Source: a virus | Lineage: Duplodnaviria > Caudoviricetes | Reading direction: 5' to 3' (one strand) | IMG/VR virus record: IMGVR_UViG_3300023108_000002 | DNA: 64,000 nucleotides | In this document: piece by piece, positions 33,110 through 43,323 of the stretch | Position numbering within the stretch: position 1 is the first letter of the stretch | Layout of the letters: the number at the start of each line of letters is the position of its first letter | Made by a program: the position numbers and the translations under genes | Notes under the pieces: generated by a model | What the model saw: the letters and a program-made list of their open reading frames with translations, nothing else | The model's database searches: none | What the model was told of the DNA's origin: nothing

Positions 33110-35650
33110 TTATCCTTTAAACGGTGCTGTTGGTATGTTTGTAGTTTCATCTTCTGCACTGTATCTTGCATAATTACTTATTCTTAGATCTTGAACATAA
33201 CCATGATAAGGCCAATTAATACCTGTAGCACTAGAGTATTCACCTCCAATTATTATATGGTCTTTATCATAAGTAGTTGTTTTAGTACCAGATTGAGTGC
33301 TTCGTACACCATCAATCCAAGCTCTAAAAACATTACTAGAATCTCTACACACCGCTATATGATACCAAGTTCCTGTGCTCATAGCACCTGCTGCTCTAGA
33401 GAAGTTTATGTATCCACTATCATATATATCTACTCCAGTTCCGTTTGAATTAATTCTCATTTCAAGTTGATAATTTTCTAAACACCAAACATATCCAGAA
33501 TTGAACGTACTTGTATTAACCCAGCATTCTATTGTCAATTCGCCTGGAAGATAAATTTGGCTGTAGTGTCTTATATGATTAGGATTTGAGCCGGGGAAAT
33601 ACATTGATTTTGTATTAGCAAACTTAGCTTCAGCTGATGAACCTGTTGCAGTGCCAAAAACTTTCATATTGCCTGTTTGAGCTTTATCTATAACAGATGC
33701 GTCTGTGCCTTTAACATGTAATACAGAATTTGTAGTGCTCTGTGGTGCTGTAGGTACAGTAATAGTAGAAGCTGTAGCATCAAACTGACTCGTGCCGACC
33801 TCATACTTAAAATCTGCAATAGTTCCCATTGCTGAATTCATTGCGGTGCCTGTTGATTCTCCAGCATAACCTACATAAAAATTAGCTAAACCAGACGCTG
33901 ATATATTAATATTAGAAGTTGTTGTATTACATCTTTTTCCGTTTAAATAGTAAGATAAAGAGCCTCCGCTTCTACAGAACGCAATGTGATTCCAAGCATT
34001 AACCTGAACAGTGCTGTTTGTTTTTCCAGAAGCCATATCTGCATAATTTGGATATCCCCATCTTACATCTAATTGACTACCACTTTGATATAATATGTCC
34101 CAGCCAGGACAGTTTGTCGGATATGAAACATAATTAGCATCTCCGACAAGTTGTCTAGTAGTGCCTGGAGATGTTGTTGGATAATACCAAAATGAAACAC
34201 AGAATGGATCTGTGCCTGATGGTTTTAGTGTGCTGGAATGTGGAACAGAAAGATAATCATTGTCATTGGGCATGGAGACAGACCCACCGTGATCGCTTGC
34301 TGAGTATTCTAAGTTGTCGTAAGGGCCGAATGGTTTTGTTGAAGTATTGCCGTTTACTGTGATTGAGAGAGCGCTAGAAGAACCATCTGCTATATATGGA
34401 AGGTGGCAAGCAAGAAGTTGTGTATTTGTAATTGCAGTTAAGTGTGCGGTTGGTGGAGTGAACGCAGCAGAATATACAGCGGCACCTTTAACAAATCTAA
34501 AATCAGCAATATAACCAGTGAAATGTCTATTTACGGTAGTATTTGAAGAAGCCCCAATACGGATATTACTACCTCCTGTGGTAGATGCAGTTATTGAGGA
34601 TGTGTAATTCTGAACACCATCAACATAAGCTGTAACTGTTGTTCCACTGTTCGTAATTACCCAAGCAAGATGATGCCAATTACCATCATTTATTGTACTA
34701 ACTCCTGTATTGGGTGGATTATTAATCCAACCGGCTGAGTTTGAATAAAAAACTTGATAGCCGTTGTATAATCCAACTTCCATTCCGTTGTAGGGAGAAG
34801 ATGGATCAAAATTACTAAATATTGCAACGTGTCCAGTTACTGTCGTATTTACCCACGCTTCGATTGTTGTGTTTGATGTTTCGGGGAGAAGGTTAGTTGC
34901 TGTGGCAGATAGCTGTAAATAATCTGATCCATCGAAGTAAGTGCTATATCCACCATGCCGATATGGACTAAACGTACCTGCATGAGCATCGCCGTTTGCT
35001 GTGATTGTATGGTTGTTAACTGAACTATCGGTTATATTGTTGTTGTCTGATGTATCTACTGCTGTTGCTAAAAGAGTTGTATAATTACTGTTTGCAATAA
35101 AAAATTCCAGAGTGATTGATGTATTTGCATTCACTGCTCCACTAACACCATCAGTTGCATTAATTGTAAGAGTAAATGTTCCGAAATTAGCTTCATCGGT
35201 GCTAGGTGTAATAGTAAATACATTATCCGTTTGACTTATCGTAGCAATACTACCAAGTCCAGATGTTGAATAACTCCATGTCAAAGGGAATCCTTCAGGG
35301 TCTGTAGAAACCCCTGTGATTACAGTAGGTGTTCCATCTATAGCAAGCGAATAAGTTCCATCTACTCCAGTGATTGCACTTGGAGAATCGTTTTGAACAG
35401 TTGCCACTTTATACCAACCAGTACCAGAATAGATATAAAGATTATTGTTTGCTTGAACGAATACTTGGTCACCATCAGTCATTCCAGTTTTTGCAATCAG
35501 TGCAGCCATATCTGCAACAGTCGAAACTGATGAACTGCCAGCCGCCGCGGCCCTCCATACTGTTTTTGTTGCATTGTATGTATATGTAACACCATTCGCT
35601 ACATGCGTATCACCGTCTACTGGACTATTTGGAAAATTTACTGCTGCCAT
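33110..35650 (-). CDS. fibre/adhesin with tandem LamG (ConA-like) domains
   Basis: MAAVNFPNSP N-module; Ig-like module; TIEAWV...WHHLAWV...YVDG...FTGYIADFR repeats. Confidence 0.8.
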   Translation of the reverse strand: MAAVNFPNSPVDGDTHVANGVTYTYNATKTVWRAAAAGSSSVSTVADMAALIAKTGMTDGDQVFVQANNNLYIYSGTGWYKVATVQNDSPSAITGVDGTYSLAIDGTPTVITGVSTDPEGFPLTWSYSTSGLGSIATISQTDNVFTITPSTDEANFGTFTLTINATDGVSGAVNANTSITLEFFIANSNYTTLLATAVDTSDNNNITDSSVNNHTITANGDAHAGTFSPYRHGGYSTYFDGSDYLQLSATATNLLPETSNTTIEAWVNTTVTGHVAIFSNFDPSSPYNGMEVGLYNGYQVFYSNSAGWINNPPNTGVSTINDGNWHHLAWVITNSGTTVTAYVDGVQNYTSSITASTTGGSNIRIGASSNTTVNRHFTGYIADFRFVKGAAVYSAAFTPPTAHLTAITNTQLLACHLPYIADGSSSALSITVNGNTSTKPFGPYDNLEYSASDHGGSVSMPNDNDYLSVPHSSTLKPSGTDPFCVSFWYYPTTSPGTTRQLVGDANYVSYPTNCPGWDILYQSGSQLDVRWGYPNYADMASGKTNSTVQVNAWNHIAFCRSGGSLSYYLNGKRCNTTTSNINISASGLANFYVGYAGESTGTAMNSAMGTIADFKYEVGTSQFDATASTITVPTAPQSTTNSVLHVKGTDASVIDKAQTGNMKVFGTATGSSAEAKFANTKSMYFPGSNPNHIRHYSQIYLPGELTIECWVNTSTFNSGYVWCLENYQLEMRINSNGTGVDIYDSGYINFSRAAGAMSTGTWYHIAVCRDSSNVFRAWIDGVRSTQSGTKTTTYDKDHIIIGGEYSSATGINWPYHGYVQDLRISNYARYSAEDETTNIPTAPFKG

Positions 35651-35651
35651 G

Positions 35652-36437
35652 TTACGCTCCCAATTCCAATGCAATAATTGTACTGATATATCTTCCACCA
35701 GTAGCATTATCCTGATCGTTGTTTGATCTATTAAGATGAAATGCGAAATTATTATCGTTATTTACATATAATTGATATATAACCTCAGATGTAGTTGCTG
35801 GTTCATCGATAAACTGTAAAATAAATGAATTTGCTTGATTTGCATCAGAAGCAAGAGCTAAAGGAATAGATGTCCTTTGCCGAGACCCTGCCGCATCACC
35901 TATGAATATATCTTGATATGCGCCACCATCAATACTTCTTTTAAACCACGCTTTATATGTTGTTCCTTGTGTTCCATATGAGATTTGTGCAGTGAGATAA
36001 ATTTTATTTGATGCAGAACTTGGTGTTATTGTAACAGACATACCAGTTACTGCCATTTCTGTTCCGTTTGCAGTTCCAACAAATGTATCAGTTTTTGATG
36101 TAAATTGAGACTGTATGATACCGCTTGCCCCATCTGCTCCATCCGCGCCTGCTGTTCCATCTGCTCCATCTGTTCCCGCTGGACCTGCTGGGCCCTGTGA
36201 ATTATTTGAGATTACCCATTGAGAACTTGTTCCATCATTATAATATACATATGTTTCCAGAACACTTGGATCAAACCACATATCACCTTCTTTTGGATTT
36301 GTCGGCGCAGTTTCAGATACGGTATATAGAGAACCACTAGCATCCCACGCTCCAGATGTAGAGTCGAATGTGTAGGTTGTGTTTCCTACTAGTATAGTGT
36401 CTCCGTTATTTGGATTGCTTGGAAAATTGATTGCCAT
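35652..36437 (-). CDS. short fibre-like protein
   Basis: MAINFPSNP N-module, VSETAP..EGDMWFD module, short collagen-like GPAGPAG segment, beta-sandwich C-terminus. Confidence 0.75.
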   Translation of the reverse strand: MAINFPSNPNNGDTILVGNTTYTFDSTSGAWDASGSLYTVSETAPTNPKEGDMWFDPSVLETYVYYNDGTSSQWVISNNSQGPAGPAGTDGADGTAGADGADGASGIIQSQFTSKTDTFVGTANGTEMAVTGMSVTITPSSASNKIYLTAQISYGTQGTTYKAWFKRSIDGGAYQDIFIGDAAGSRQRTSIPLALASDANQANSFILQFIDEPATTSEVIYQLYVNNDNNFAFHLNRSNNDQDNATGGRYISTIIALELGA

Positions 36438-36450
36438 TTACTTTAGTTCC

Positions 36451-38202
36451 TTAAAATGTAATAGATCCTGATTGAGTAAATTGATATATATTATATGATC
36501 CGTCCGTAGTAATTGTTGGAGAGCCTGTAGTTGAGGTGGCGGTGTCAATTGAGCGAATGATTACAATACCATCTGCACCCGCTGTTGGCGTTCCGTGATT
36601 TGGCACCGCGCCGCCACCAGAGCCACCACCCCCCGAACCCGTATTTGGCGTGGGGCTACCCGCTGCACCCGTTCCGGCACCACCGTTTCCTCCAACACCA
36701 GATCCACCAGCTGCGTTGCCGGCCGTGTTGTATGTGCCACCGCCGCCACCCCCAGCATAGTAAAGTGCGGTTCCAGTTATACTATTTTGAAGACCTGCGC
36801 CTCCAGCACCTCCGATACTGCCAGCATTTGCACCAGCCCCGCCAGCGCCACCACCACCACCAGCATGGTATGGAGCGGATGTATGGCCTACGCCGCCATC
36901 GTTACCCTGTCCAACTGTGCCTGTTCCCGCTGTTACTCCATTATGTCCACCCCCGCCGCCAGATCCACCATCCAGAGCGGCGCCGGTTGTCCCTCCCCCA
37001 CCACCACCAATAGCTGTTATTGTATTGAATGCTGTGCCGGAAATAGAACTATCGAGGCCGTTTGAACCTGGCGCTGATTGACCATTCCCGGCCGCCCCAC
37101 CAGTTCCAACAACAATATTGTATGTAGTACCAATATTTAATGTTTGATTTGTAGAATAGATATAGCCGCCAGCACCGCCACCGCCGCCGTGACGCATACC
37201 TCCACCACCACCACCACCGACTACTAGATAATCAACGGTACTAATAAATGCCAATGAAAGAGTGCAAAATCGGGTTGTGGTTTTTGCGCCATCACTGGCA
37301 CTTAATCTGACCTTTACGCTTCCAGCATCAGCAATATTTGTAGATGGAGTAAAAGTATATACTCCATTTGAATCTACAGATGCGGCACTCGACAGTAAGC
37401 TTGGCAAAGTATTGTTTGTTGTTCCATAAACAATACCATATGATATATCAAATCCTTCTGGGTCTTCCGCAACCATTGTAACTGTACTTGTGGTTCCATT
37501 ACTATTAAGAGTGTGTGTTGTTGGTGGTTCAGTAATAATTATAGGACTTTCATCATTTCCAGAAGATATTCTATCCCATTCGGTTCCATCCCATACATAT
37601 AATGCTTTGGTATCTTGTGCAAATGCGAAGTCACCTTCTGTAGTTCCATTTGCAAATGCAGCAAAGTTTGCATATGCAGTGACTGAAGAACCAGCTGCTC
37701 CCGCAGCCCCATCTGCACCATCCACTCCAAGAGGATTTGTTGCAACCCATTGTGCGCTTGAACCATCATCATAGTATACATATGTTTTTAAGTTTGCAGA
37801 ATTGAACCACAAATCTCCGCTAGATGCGCCGCTTGGTGCTGTATCAGAGACACTATGTCTTGTTAGATTTGATGCTGTCGGTTGATGAAAGACAATATCA
37901 ACTTCATCTGATAGTGACAATGCAGTATCAAAAGTGATAGAGGTTCCGCTTGTAGCTGTCACATCTTGTGGGTTTAACATAACACCATTTACTGACACAA
38001 TAACTGCTGCGGCCGGATCGTAGTTTACATTATGAACTGTTTGTCCTGCCGTTGCAACAAATGTGGAACGAGAAGTAGAGGCAACAATCTGCTCTTGTTT
38101 TTTGACTAGCCAATAACCTCTTGTGGAGTCAAAAACAAAGATTTGTCCATTTTCTGTATGAGTTTGTCCATTCACAGGACTTGCTGGAAATGATATGGCC
38201 AT
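36451..38202 (-). CDS. fibre/adhesin with C-terminal glycine-rich domain
   Basis: MAISFPASP N-module; VDYLVVGGGGGGG...GGGGAGG...DGIVIIR glycine-rich domain. Confidence 0.8.
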   Translation of the reverse strand: MAISFPASPVNGQTHTENGQIFVFDSTRGYWLVKKQEQIVASTSRSTFVATAGQTVHNVNYDPAAAVIVSVNGVMLNPQDVTATSGTSITFDTALSLSDEVDIVFHQPTASNLTRHSVSDTAPSGASSGDLWFNSANLKTYVYYDDGSSAQWVATNPLGVDGADGAAGAAGSSVTAYANFAAFANGTTEGDFAFAQDTKALYVWDGTEWDRISSGNDESPIIITEPPTTHTLNSNGTTSTVTMVAEDPEGFDISYGIVYGTTNNTLPSLLSSAASVDSNGVYTFTPSTNIADAGSVKVRLSASDGAKTTTRFCTLSLAFISTVDYLVVGGGGGGGMRHGGGGGAGGYIYSTNQTLNIGTTYNIVVGTGGAAGNGQSAPGSNGLDSSISGTAFNTITAIGGGGGGTTGAALDGGSGGGGGHNGVTAGTGTVGQGNDGGVGHTSAPYHAGGGGGAGGAGANAGSIGGAGGAGLQNSITGTALYYAGGGGGGTYNTAGNAAGGSGVGGNGGAGTGAAGSPTPNTGSGGGGSGGGAVPNHGTPTAGADGIVIIRSIDTATSTTGSPTITTDGSYNIYQFTQSGSITF

Positions 38203-38229
38203 GACTTACCTTTTATAATGCATTCGTTC

Positions 38230-38243
38230 TATTTATATAAATA
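38230..38243. promoter_or_regulatory. overlapping divergent T4-type late promoters
   Basis: Perfect palindrome TATTTATATAAATA containing TATAAATA on both strands, between divergent genes 38202(-) and 38275(+). Confidence 0.8.
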
Positions 38244-38274
38244 AAACATACTATAATTTTTAGTGGAGAACTAA

Positions 38275-39546
38275 ATGATACTATCTGTAACTTTATTATT
38301 GGTCGCGATTGCATTATCTGTAGTCGCTGCATATTACTCCATTGCTGGATTGATTACAATCTTTGCAGCGGCAGTAATGCCAGTAATTGTTATGGCTTCT
38401 GTTTTAGAAGTTGCCAAGGTTTTAACGGCTGCTTGGTTGTCGCATAATTGGAAAAGAGTTAACTTTTTTCTAAAATCATACTTGACTCTTGCAGTTATTG
38501 TACTTATGTTTATAACCAGTTTAGGTATATTTGGATTTCTATCAAAGGCACATATTGAACAAACTGCTGGAAATAGAGAAAATGTTGCTCAAATTGAGAT
38601 TGTAGAAAAGAATATTGCAAGATTAGAAGAGTCTATTAATGAGTATGAACTTCAAATTGAAAAGATAGAAAATTCTGATATGAATAAGAATGCTGAAATC
38701 AATTCTGAAATATCAAAAGAAGAGAGCAGAGTCGAATCTGCAATTCGAAACTATCAATTATTAGTTGATGAACAAAATGAAATAATCTCATCCGCAAGTA
38801 AAAAACTAGAACTGATTGAAAAGTATATTGAAGAGAATGATATTGTTTCTTTGCAGGCGCTTGTTGGTACAACTCCAGACGGAAGATATGGACCAAATAC
38901 TGCATCAAAAGTAAATGACTTTAGAGAGAAAGAAGAGGATCGTGTAGATACAATAATTTCATCTGCAAGAATTCGTATTAATGATTTGAGAGATTTGCAA
39001 GCAGCAGAAAGAACTCAAAGTAATGAGTTAATTGATAGACTTCGTAGTAAAATAAAACTGGATGAATTGGATGAAAAAGATCGTGAAAGAATTGAAAATT
39101 TAAAGCAAAAAATTATTGACACAGAGAATGATTTGGGTGTATTAAGGAATGATAAATTTGAATTCGAAAAGGAAGTAAGAAAAATAGAAGCCGAAGTGGG
39201 ACCAGTAAAATATGTCGCAGAAGTACTTTATGATAATGTAGATGAAGATATACTTGAGGATGCTGTCAGATTTGTGATTTTATGTTTAATTTTTGTTTTT
39301 GACCCACTTGCAATTCTTTTGGTTATTGCTAGCACATCATCAATAGTATATTATAGAGAAATTAAAAAGGGAACAAATCTTACACATTTATCCGAAAAGG
39401 ATTTTGAACAAGAAAGTGTTATTCCGCCACTTGGAATGGATATGTTAAAACCTAGAACGGAAGAAATAAAAAAAAAGCCTAACTTCAACGATCCGATTGA
39501 GAGATGGACAGAAGAGAGACTTGAAGACCACATTAGATTAGAATAG
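38275..39546 (+). CDS. membrane protein with long coiled coil and a peptidoglycan-binding-like motif
   Basis: About 3 N-terminal TM helices, heptad-rich middle, LQALVGTTPDGRYGPNT, C-terminal TM. Confidence 0.75.
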   Translation: MILSVTLLLVAIALSVVAAYYSIAGLITIFAAAVMPVIVMASVLEVAKVLTAAWLSHNWKRVNFFLKSYLTLAVIVLMFITSLGIFGFLSKAHIEQTAGNRENVAQIEIVEKNIARLEESINEYELQIEKIENSDMNKNAEINSEISKEESRVESAIRNYQLLVDEQNEIISSASKKLELIEKYIEENDIVSLQALVGTTPDGRYGPNTASKVNDFREKEEDRVDTIISSARIRINDLRDLQAAERTQSNELIDRLRSKIKLDELDEKDRERIENLKQKIIDTENDLGVLRNDKFEFEKEVRKIEAEVGPVKYVAEVLYDNVDEDILEDAVRFVILCLIFVFDPLAILLVIASTSSIVYYREIKKGTNLTHLSEKDFEQESVIPPLGMDMLKPRTEEIKKKPNFNDPIERWTEERLEDHIRLE

Positions 39547-39555
39547 GAGATTGAC

Positions 39556-40263
39556 TTGAAAGTTAAATTGATTAGTTACACTAAATCAGCAGAAGATTTG
39601 AGTGAAGAGGGAGTAGAAACTTTACAAGACTTGGTTGCATATTGTGCAAAAGTTTCAAACCCATCAAATCAAATAAACAAGAAAACAAGCGATAAATTGA
39701 TAAAATATCTTATCAAACATGCCCATTGGTCTCCATTAGAAATGGTGGATGTGACTTTGGAAATTGAAACAACAAGAGATATTGCTCATCAAATTGTTCG
39801 CCATCGTAGTTTTTCTTTTCAAGAGTTTTCGCAGAGATATGCAGAACCAAAAGAGATGGGCGAGTGGTTTGTAAAAAGAGAATGTAGACTTCAAGATACA
39901 AAAAACAGACAAAACAGCATTGAAATTGAAAATGATCCGAGTTTAGTAGAAAACAGAGAACATCAAGATTTGATTGCAGAATGGGGTCGTAGACAATCGG
40001 GCGTAATTGAAACTGCAAGAAAGGCCTATGAGTGGGCAATTGAAAATGGAATTGCAAAAGAACAAGCTAGAGTTTTGCTTCCAGAAGGACTTACAAAAAC
40101 AAGACTATATATGAAAGGAAGTTTGCGTAGTTGGCTACATTATATTGCTCTTAGAGGAGCAAACGGCACGCAAAAAGAGCATATGATAATAGCAAAACAA
40201 TGTGCAGAAATCATTAGCGACATATTTCCCATGATTTGGGATCTCAATAATATAAATAGATAG
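39556..40263 (+). CDS. thyX: flavin-dependent thymidylate synthase
   Basis: HWSPLE, RHRSFSFQEFSQRY, EQARVLLP, SLRSWLHY..LR; TTG start with GGAG SD. Confidence 0.96.
   Translation: MKVKLISYTKSAEDLSEEGVETLQDLVAYCAKVSNPSNQINKKTSDKLIKYLIKHAHWSPLEMVDVTLEIETTRDIAHQIVRHRSFSFQEFSQRYAEPKEMGEWFVKRECRLQDTKNRQNSIEIENDPSLVENREHQDLIAEWGRRQSGVIETARKAYEWAIENGIAKEQARVLLPEGLTKTRLYMKGSLRSWLHYIALRGANGTQKEHMIIAKQCAEIISDIFPMIWDLNNINR
40251..40258 (+). promoter_or_regulatory. T4-type late promoter
   Basis: Exact TATAAATA at the end of thyX, upstream of ATG 40345. Confidence 0.6.
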
Positions 40264-40344
40264 AAAGCGATTGATATCGAGGTGAATATTTTTCTCATGT
40301 TTTAATATAATTTTTTATTATAAAAAAATAATTAGGAGAAAAAT

Positions 40345-40827
40345 ATGATTGACCCGATTACAGCAATTGGGGCAGCAACGGCTGCGTTCAATGGAGTTAA
40401 AAAGTTAGTCCATGCCGGAAGAGAGATAGAAGATGTTGTCGGTCAATTGGGCAAATGGTATGGGGCTGCAGCAGATTTAGGGCGTGCTGAAACGCAAAGA
40501 AAAAATCCACCAATATTTACTAAGCTTTTTAGTAGCGGTTCTGTTGAACAGGAAGCTTTAGAGATTCTTGTTCATAAGAAAAAATTACAAGAACAAGAGA
40601 AACAACTAGAAGAGATGTTAAATATTCGGTTTGGTTTTGGAACTTGGCGCGAAATGATTGAACTTCGTAGAAAAATTCGCAAAGAAAGAGAAGAAACAGT
40701 TTATAGGCAACAAGAAAGACGCAGAGCATTTTTAGAAGGAATTGCTGTTATTTTTCTTACAGTATTTCTATTTGGACTTATTGTGTTTATTATTTGGTTT
40801 CTTGGCACAGGAGCCAACTGGTGGTAA
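40345..40827 (+). CDS. hypothetical membrane-anchored protein
   Basis: MIDPITAIGAATAAFNGVKK start, coiled coil, C-terminal TM. Confidence 0.75.
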   Translation: MIDPITAIGAATAAFNGVKKLVHAGREIEDVVGQLGKWYGAAADLGRAETQRKNPPIFTKLFSSGSVEQEALEILVHKKKLQEQEKQLEEMLNIRFGFGTWREMIELRRKIRKEREETVYRQQERRRAFLEGIAVIFLTVFLFGLIVFIIWFLGTGANWW

Positions 40828-41046
40828 ATGACACATGTATTTTTATTAGTTGTTATACTTGGATCAAAAACTATTAGCCAAGACATGTATTTTTGGGATA
40901 TAAACCGTTGTAATTATTTTGCATCGCAGATTGTAAAAAGATACGGAAACTATAGATATTATCGTAGTGTTCCAGAAGAACATCGTGCAACAGCATATTG
41001 CAAACCAGTTCTAACTGATCCTAAAAAAATCAAAATATATGAATAA
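40828..41046 (+). CDS. small hypothetical protein
   Basis: 72 aa; hydrophobic N-terminus, C...C pair. Confidence 0.6.
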   Translation: MTHVFLLVVILGSKTISQDMYFWDINRCNYFASQIVKRYGNYRYYRSVPEEHRATAYCKPVLTDPKKIKIYE

Positions 41047-41061
41047 TTAGACCAAGAAATA

Positions 41062-43314
41062 CTAACTAATTGCTTTATAAACATGAAATGAACCTTTATG
41101 ACTAAAGGACTGACCAGAGTGTGCAGTAGCCAAATATTCTCCAACTATGATGTGGTAGCCGTCCGCTGATATACCAATATCGGTTCCAAAATCTTCTTGG
41201 CTACTTGTTGGGTTTGGTTCTAAAACTTCTTTCCATTCCCAGTTACCGCTTGTAGTATTTTTTCTAAAAATGTAAACAGAGCCCATTCGACTAAGATAGC
41301 TAGCATAATATGACATTGCTGATGCTACTATTGTTTTGCCATCGCCATTAATTCCTACTGCTCTACCAAAGTAATATGAGTTGCCCCATGTTCCTTTTTC
41401 AGAGCTTGTTAGTTGAGACCAGCTGATAGTTTGTGTCGGTGTCATTGATTGTGAAGATGGAAGGGTTGTTATATCAAAAATGTTTATCTTACCATTGGTT
41501 GCAGCATTTGCTCCACCGGCGACAATAGTGTTTCCATCTGCGGAAATAGAGACATCCGCACCGTTCCACTCACCACTTTCTTGAAAATATTTAATTTGTG
41601 ATGATGTATTAGACCAATTGGTTGAAGTATCAGGACGAGTTATTAAGTAAACCCTAGATTGTGTACTATTGTTGTAACTAGGACAACCTACCACTAATCG
41701 TGTGCCGATTTCATTCATTTCCATTGCACCTCTATAGTTAGATTTAGTGCCTCGTCCTCTTCCTAGATATGAGTTTGTGGAATTTAAACTGCTTATGTCG
41801 GTCATATTAAATGATTCAGTAAAGGTTGTATTTTTATCTGCTCTTGAGTAAAATTTTATTCCGCCTCTATTACTGTACCAAGTAGGTCTGGCAGCTGCTA
41901 ATACTAATCCGTCACCTGAAATAGCAATAGAAAAGCCGAACTGCCCGCCGTCAGAAATAGTTTGATCTAGTGTCCAAGATGTTCCAGATCTTTTATAAAT
42001 TTTTACTTCATTTCTGCCTGGGTCACCAATAGCTACTGTAACACCTTCGTCGTCGATGGCTAAATCGGTTCCAAAATCCCCACTTTGGCTAGTAAATTCT
42101 GCTTGCTTGGCCCAGCTACCGTTTCCTGTTGAATCATGCCATATTTGCACCCATTCCGTAGTGTTCTGATCATGGCCTGTTGAGATTACGGCGTAGGTGC
42201 CGTCTTTATTTATTTCAGTCATAGATCCCCATTCTCTATTACTTTGATAATAGGGCATACTTTGAAGGTTATCAGCAGTTTTAGCATATGAATCCCACTC
42301 AGGGCTAGGAGCTACAAAAATCAAACTAAACACACTCGAAGCGGTTTCTTGATTTTCTCCATTGGACGCAATAAACGAAATTGTGAACTCCCCCGCATCC
42401 GCATTGTTTGTTGATGGAGTAATTGTAAATACATTACCTACATTAGTGATTGTGGTTTCGCCTAAGGTTCCGGCAGTAACTTGATGACTCCATTGCAAAG
42501 GAATTCCATCTGGGTCAGAACTTGAAAGTGTGATTGATAAAGGGGTTCCATCATTTGCAAGTTCATATGTTGCTGCATTTCCAGTAACTGCTGTGATTGG
42601 ATTGCTTATCAATGCAATATTATACCAACCTGTTCCATTAAACAAATATAATTTATTGTTCTCTGCAACATATGCTTGTGTTCCAGTATTTACTCCAGAT
42701 GTGGGTAATTGTGATAATAGATTATATGCGCTCATTGCTGGTGCTGAAGCTTGTTCTTGTGTTTCAATAGAATTATCAGAACTATCTAGAAACTGAATTG
42801 TGTTTCCAGCACCTCTTTTCATTTTAATAGGATTTCCTGTTCCATCATCAATAGTTACTTCTTTTGCTTTGATAGTTCTTGGATTTCCAGAAGTATCTCT
42901 GATATCAATACCAGTACCATCATCGGATATTTTACTGTCTCCGATAACAGCAGTATTTCCACTCAGATACAAATCTTTGAATCTATTTGTAGATGAACCT
43001 AAATCGTGTACAATATTTTGATCTGGTATCAAATCTCCAGTGATTGTGGAAAGAGTTGTGACTGTGATTGATGCAGGGTTTAGAACTTGTTTGATTGCTC
43101 CTGCAAGTCTTGCGACATCATCAGCTGATGCAGAACCAACCAACGCATTTGCTCTTGCATTGATTGCATCTTCTAAAGACTTGTCTTCTCCAAGATTTAA
43201 TGCCTTTACTGCTCTCGCAAGAGAAACTAACTCTGCAACATTTGCAGTTGGAATTCCATTCTCAATTTTTGTTTTGAGTGCTGCAATTGATGTGGATAGA
43301 TCGCTGTCTGCCAT
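41062..43314 (-). CDS. fibre/adhesin with FG-GAP-like beta-propeller
   Basis: Repeats FGTDLAIDDEG..VAIG, FGFSIAISGDG, FGRAVGINGDG, FGTDIGISADG; N-terminus paralogous to 43324..45231. Confidence 0.8.
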   Translation of the reverse strand: MADSDLSTSIAALKTKIENGIPTANVAELVSLARAVKALNLGEDKSLEDAINARANALVGSASADDVARLAGAIKQVLNPASITVTTLSTITGDLIPDQNIVHDLGSSTNRFKDLYLSGNTAVIGDSKISDDGTGIDIRDTSGNPRTIKAKEVTIDDGTGNPIKMKRGAGNTIQFLDSSDNSIETQEQASAPAMSAYNLLSQLPTSGVNTGTQAYVAENNKLYLFNGTGWYNIALISNPITAVTGNAATYELANDGTPLSITLSSSDPDGIPLQWSHQVTAGTLGETTITNVGNVFTITPSTNNADAGEFTISFIASNGENQETASSVFSLIFVAPSPEWDSYAKTADNLQSMPYYQSNREWGSMTEINKDGTYAVISTGHDQNTTEWVQIWHDSTGNGSWAKQAEFTSQSGDFGTDLAIDDEGVTVAIGDPGRNEVKIYKRSGTSWTLDQTISDGGQFGFSIAISGDGLVLAAARPTWYSNRGGIKFYSRADKNTTFTESFNMTDISSLNSTNSYLGRGRGTKSNYRGAMEMNEIGTRLVVGCPSYNNSTQSRVYLITRPDTSTNWSNTSSQIKYFQESGEWNGADVSISADGNTIVAGGANAATNGKINIFDITTLPSSQSMTPTQTISWSQLTSSEKGTWGNSYYFGRAVGINGDGKTIVASAMSYYASYLSRMGSVYIFRKNTTSGNWEWKEVLEPNPTSSQEDFGTDIGISADGYHIIVGEYLATAHSGQSFSHKGSFHVYKAIS

Positions 43315-43323
43315 GAGATTTCC

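Noticed and set aside
211-35707. ORF-track starts at 211, 2763, 13653, 14093, 18931, 27333, 28520, 33171 and 35707
   Set aside because: These extensions overlap upstream genes or promoters; downstream ATGs with SD or stop-start coupling were preferred
36561-37065. Long plus-strand ORFs (142 and 156 aa) and locally high GC
   Set aside because: Antisense shadows of the Gly-rich domain of 36451..38202; GGN codons explain both the GC rise and the lack of stops
40305-40335. AT-rich inverted repeat before gene 40345
   Set aside because: Only A/T pairs; expected by chance in this low-GC intergenic DNA
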